A stretch of DNA of 64,000 nt, taken from assembly GCA_964187785.1 (NCBI GenBank), contig OZ076409.1:81406001-81470000 (forward strand), written 5' to 3'. Shown one piece after another: positions 63,453-64,000 of the stretch. Under the pieces are notes generated by a model, which was given only the letters and a program-made list of their open reading frames with translations, did no database searches and was not told the origin of the DNA. The translations under genes were made by a program, and so were the position numbers. Source of the stretch: Amphiscolops sp. MND2022 (taxonomy: Eukaryota). Position 1 is the first letter of the stretch; each line of letters begins with the position of its first letter.

Positions 63453-63653
63453 TGTAGTAGAGTCTAGATAAATCCTGAACTTAATTGCTGAGAAAACAGA
63501 AGTGTGAAAATAATTAAATTACGTAATGCAAACAACTTGCCAAACTTAGCCATAGCGGCAAATTAGCAACAACTGCCATAACATCGTACATCATACTAAT
63601 TTACAGTTGCTACTCAATTCTCTTCTTCCGCCATTAGTTCGTAGACGTCAACA
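63453..63653 (+). repeat. 3' LTR of Gypsy element
   Basis: 201-bp direct repeat of 58244-58443, followed by TSD GTGTC. Confidence 0.97.
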
Positions 63654-64000
63654 GTGTCCCTGGACATCTTCTCTTCTGAATTTTTCACAATTTTAAATAA
63701 GGAAAGGAGAAAACCTATTGAGAAATGGGACCAAAGAGTATCTGGATTTTTTTTACATTTGCAGTTTTCTGGAAAACGTTTTTCAACAAAGTGTTATCGG
63801 TTTCAATTTTTTTGCCAAAATTGCACCTTTTCTGAGAAGATTGTTTCTACAAATTGTGTTCTCAGGACAGAAGAACGTAGTTACTAAGTGTCAAATACGC
63901 GTAAGTTTTCAACTTGAAATATATCGATACCGTTTCCTGATAGCACAGCTGTTTCGATGAAAACTGCGCTATACCCAAAATGGACCTTTTTTGAATTGTA

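Larger units (their letters stand above)
58244..63653 (+). mobile_element. Ty3/Gypsy LTR retrotransposon, structurally complete but decayed
   Basis: LTRs 58244-58443 and 63453-63653 (TG...CA; 11 substitutions plus 1 indel by hand count). Perfect TSD GTGTC (58239-58243, 63654-63658), PBS TGGCGCTGCGA at 58444, PPT AAATAGGGAAG before the 3' LTR. Domain order gag-PR-RT-RH-IN. Confidence 0.97.

Overview
AT-rich (roughly one-third GC), repeat-dense animal genomic DNA. The repeat families remind me of acoel flatworm genomes, but that is unverified recall. Only one host gene is well supported: a divergent TRPM-family (melastatin) cation channel on the + strand. Five coding exons can be assembled by hand (32282-34109, 39757-40033, 40368-40518, 40910-42032, 49872-50494; 4002 nt, 1334 codons in one frame). 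They cover a ~500-aa Q/N/S-rich N-terminal extension, the SLOG/MHR1-4 region and S1-S2. The pore and TRP box must lie beyond the window. Both long introns appear to use the same non-canonical GC donor (AAG|GCTAGTT), with an in-frame stop directly behind it. The rest of the window is a transposon landscape: a structurally complete but decayed Gypsy LTR element (58244-63653, TSD GTGTC), a gag-only BEL/Pao LTR element carrying a minisatellite (13672-17348), CR1-like, other LINE and Penelope remnants, and MULE, pogo and possibly Maverick remnants. It also holds many MITEs (hAT-, MULE- and EnSpm-type), a high-copy DINE-1/Helentron-like family, two oppositely oriented ~186-bp satellite arrays, and two twin-hairpin rearrangements with the same architecture. 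No rRNA, intact tRNA or CRISPR array was seen. Degenerate-element calls rest on motif recognition by eye, not on database searches.
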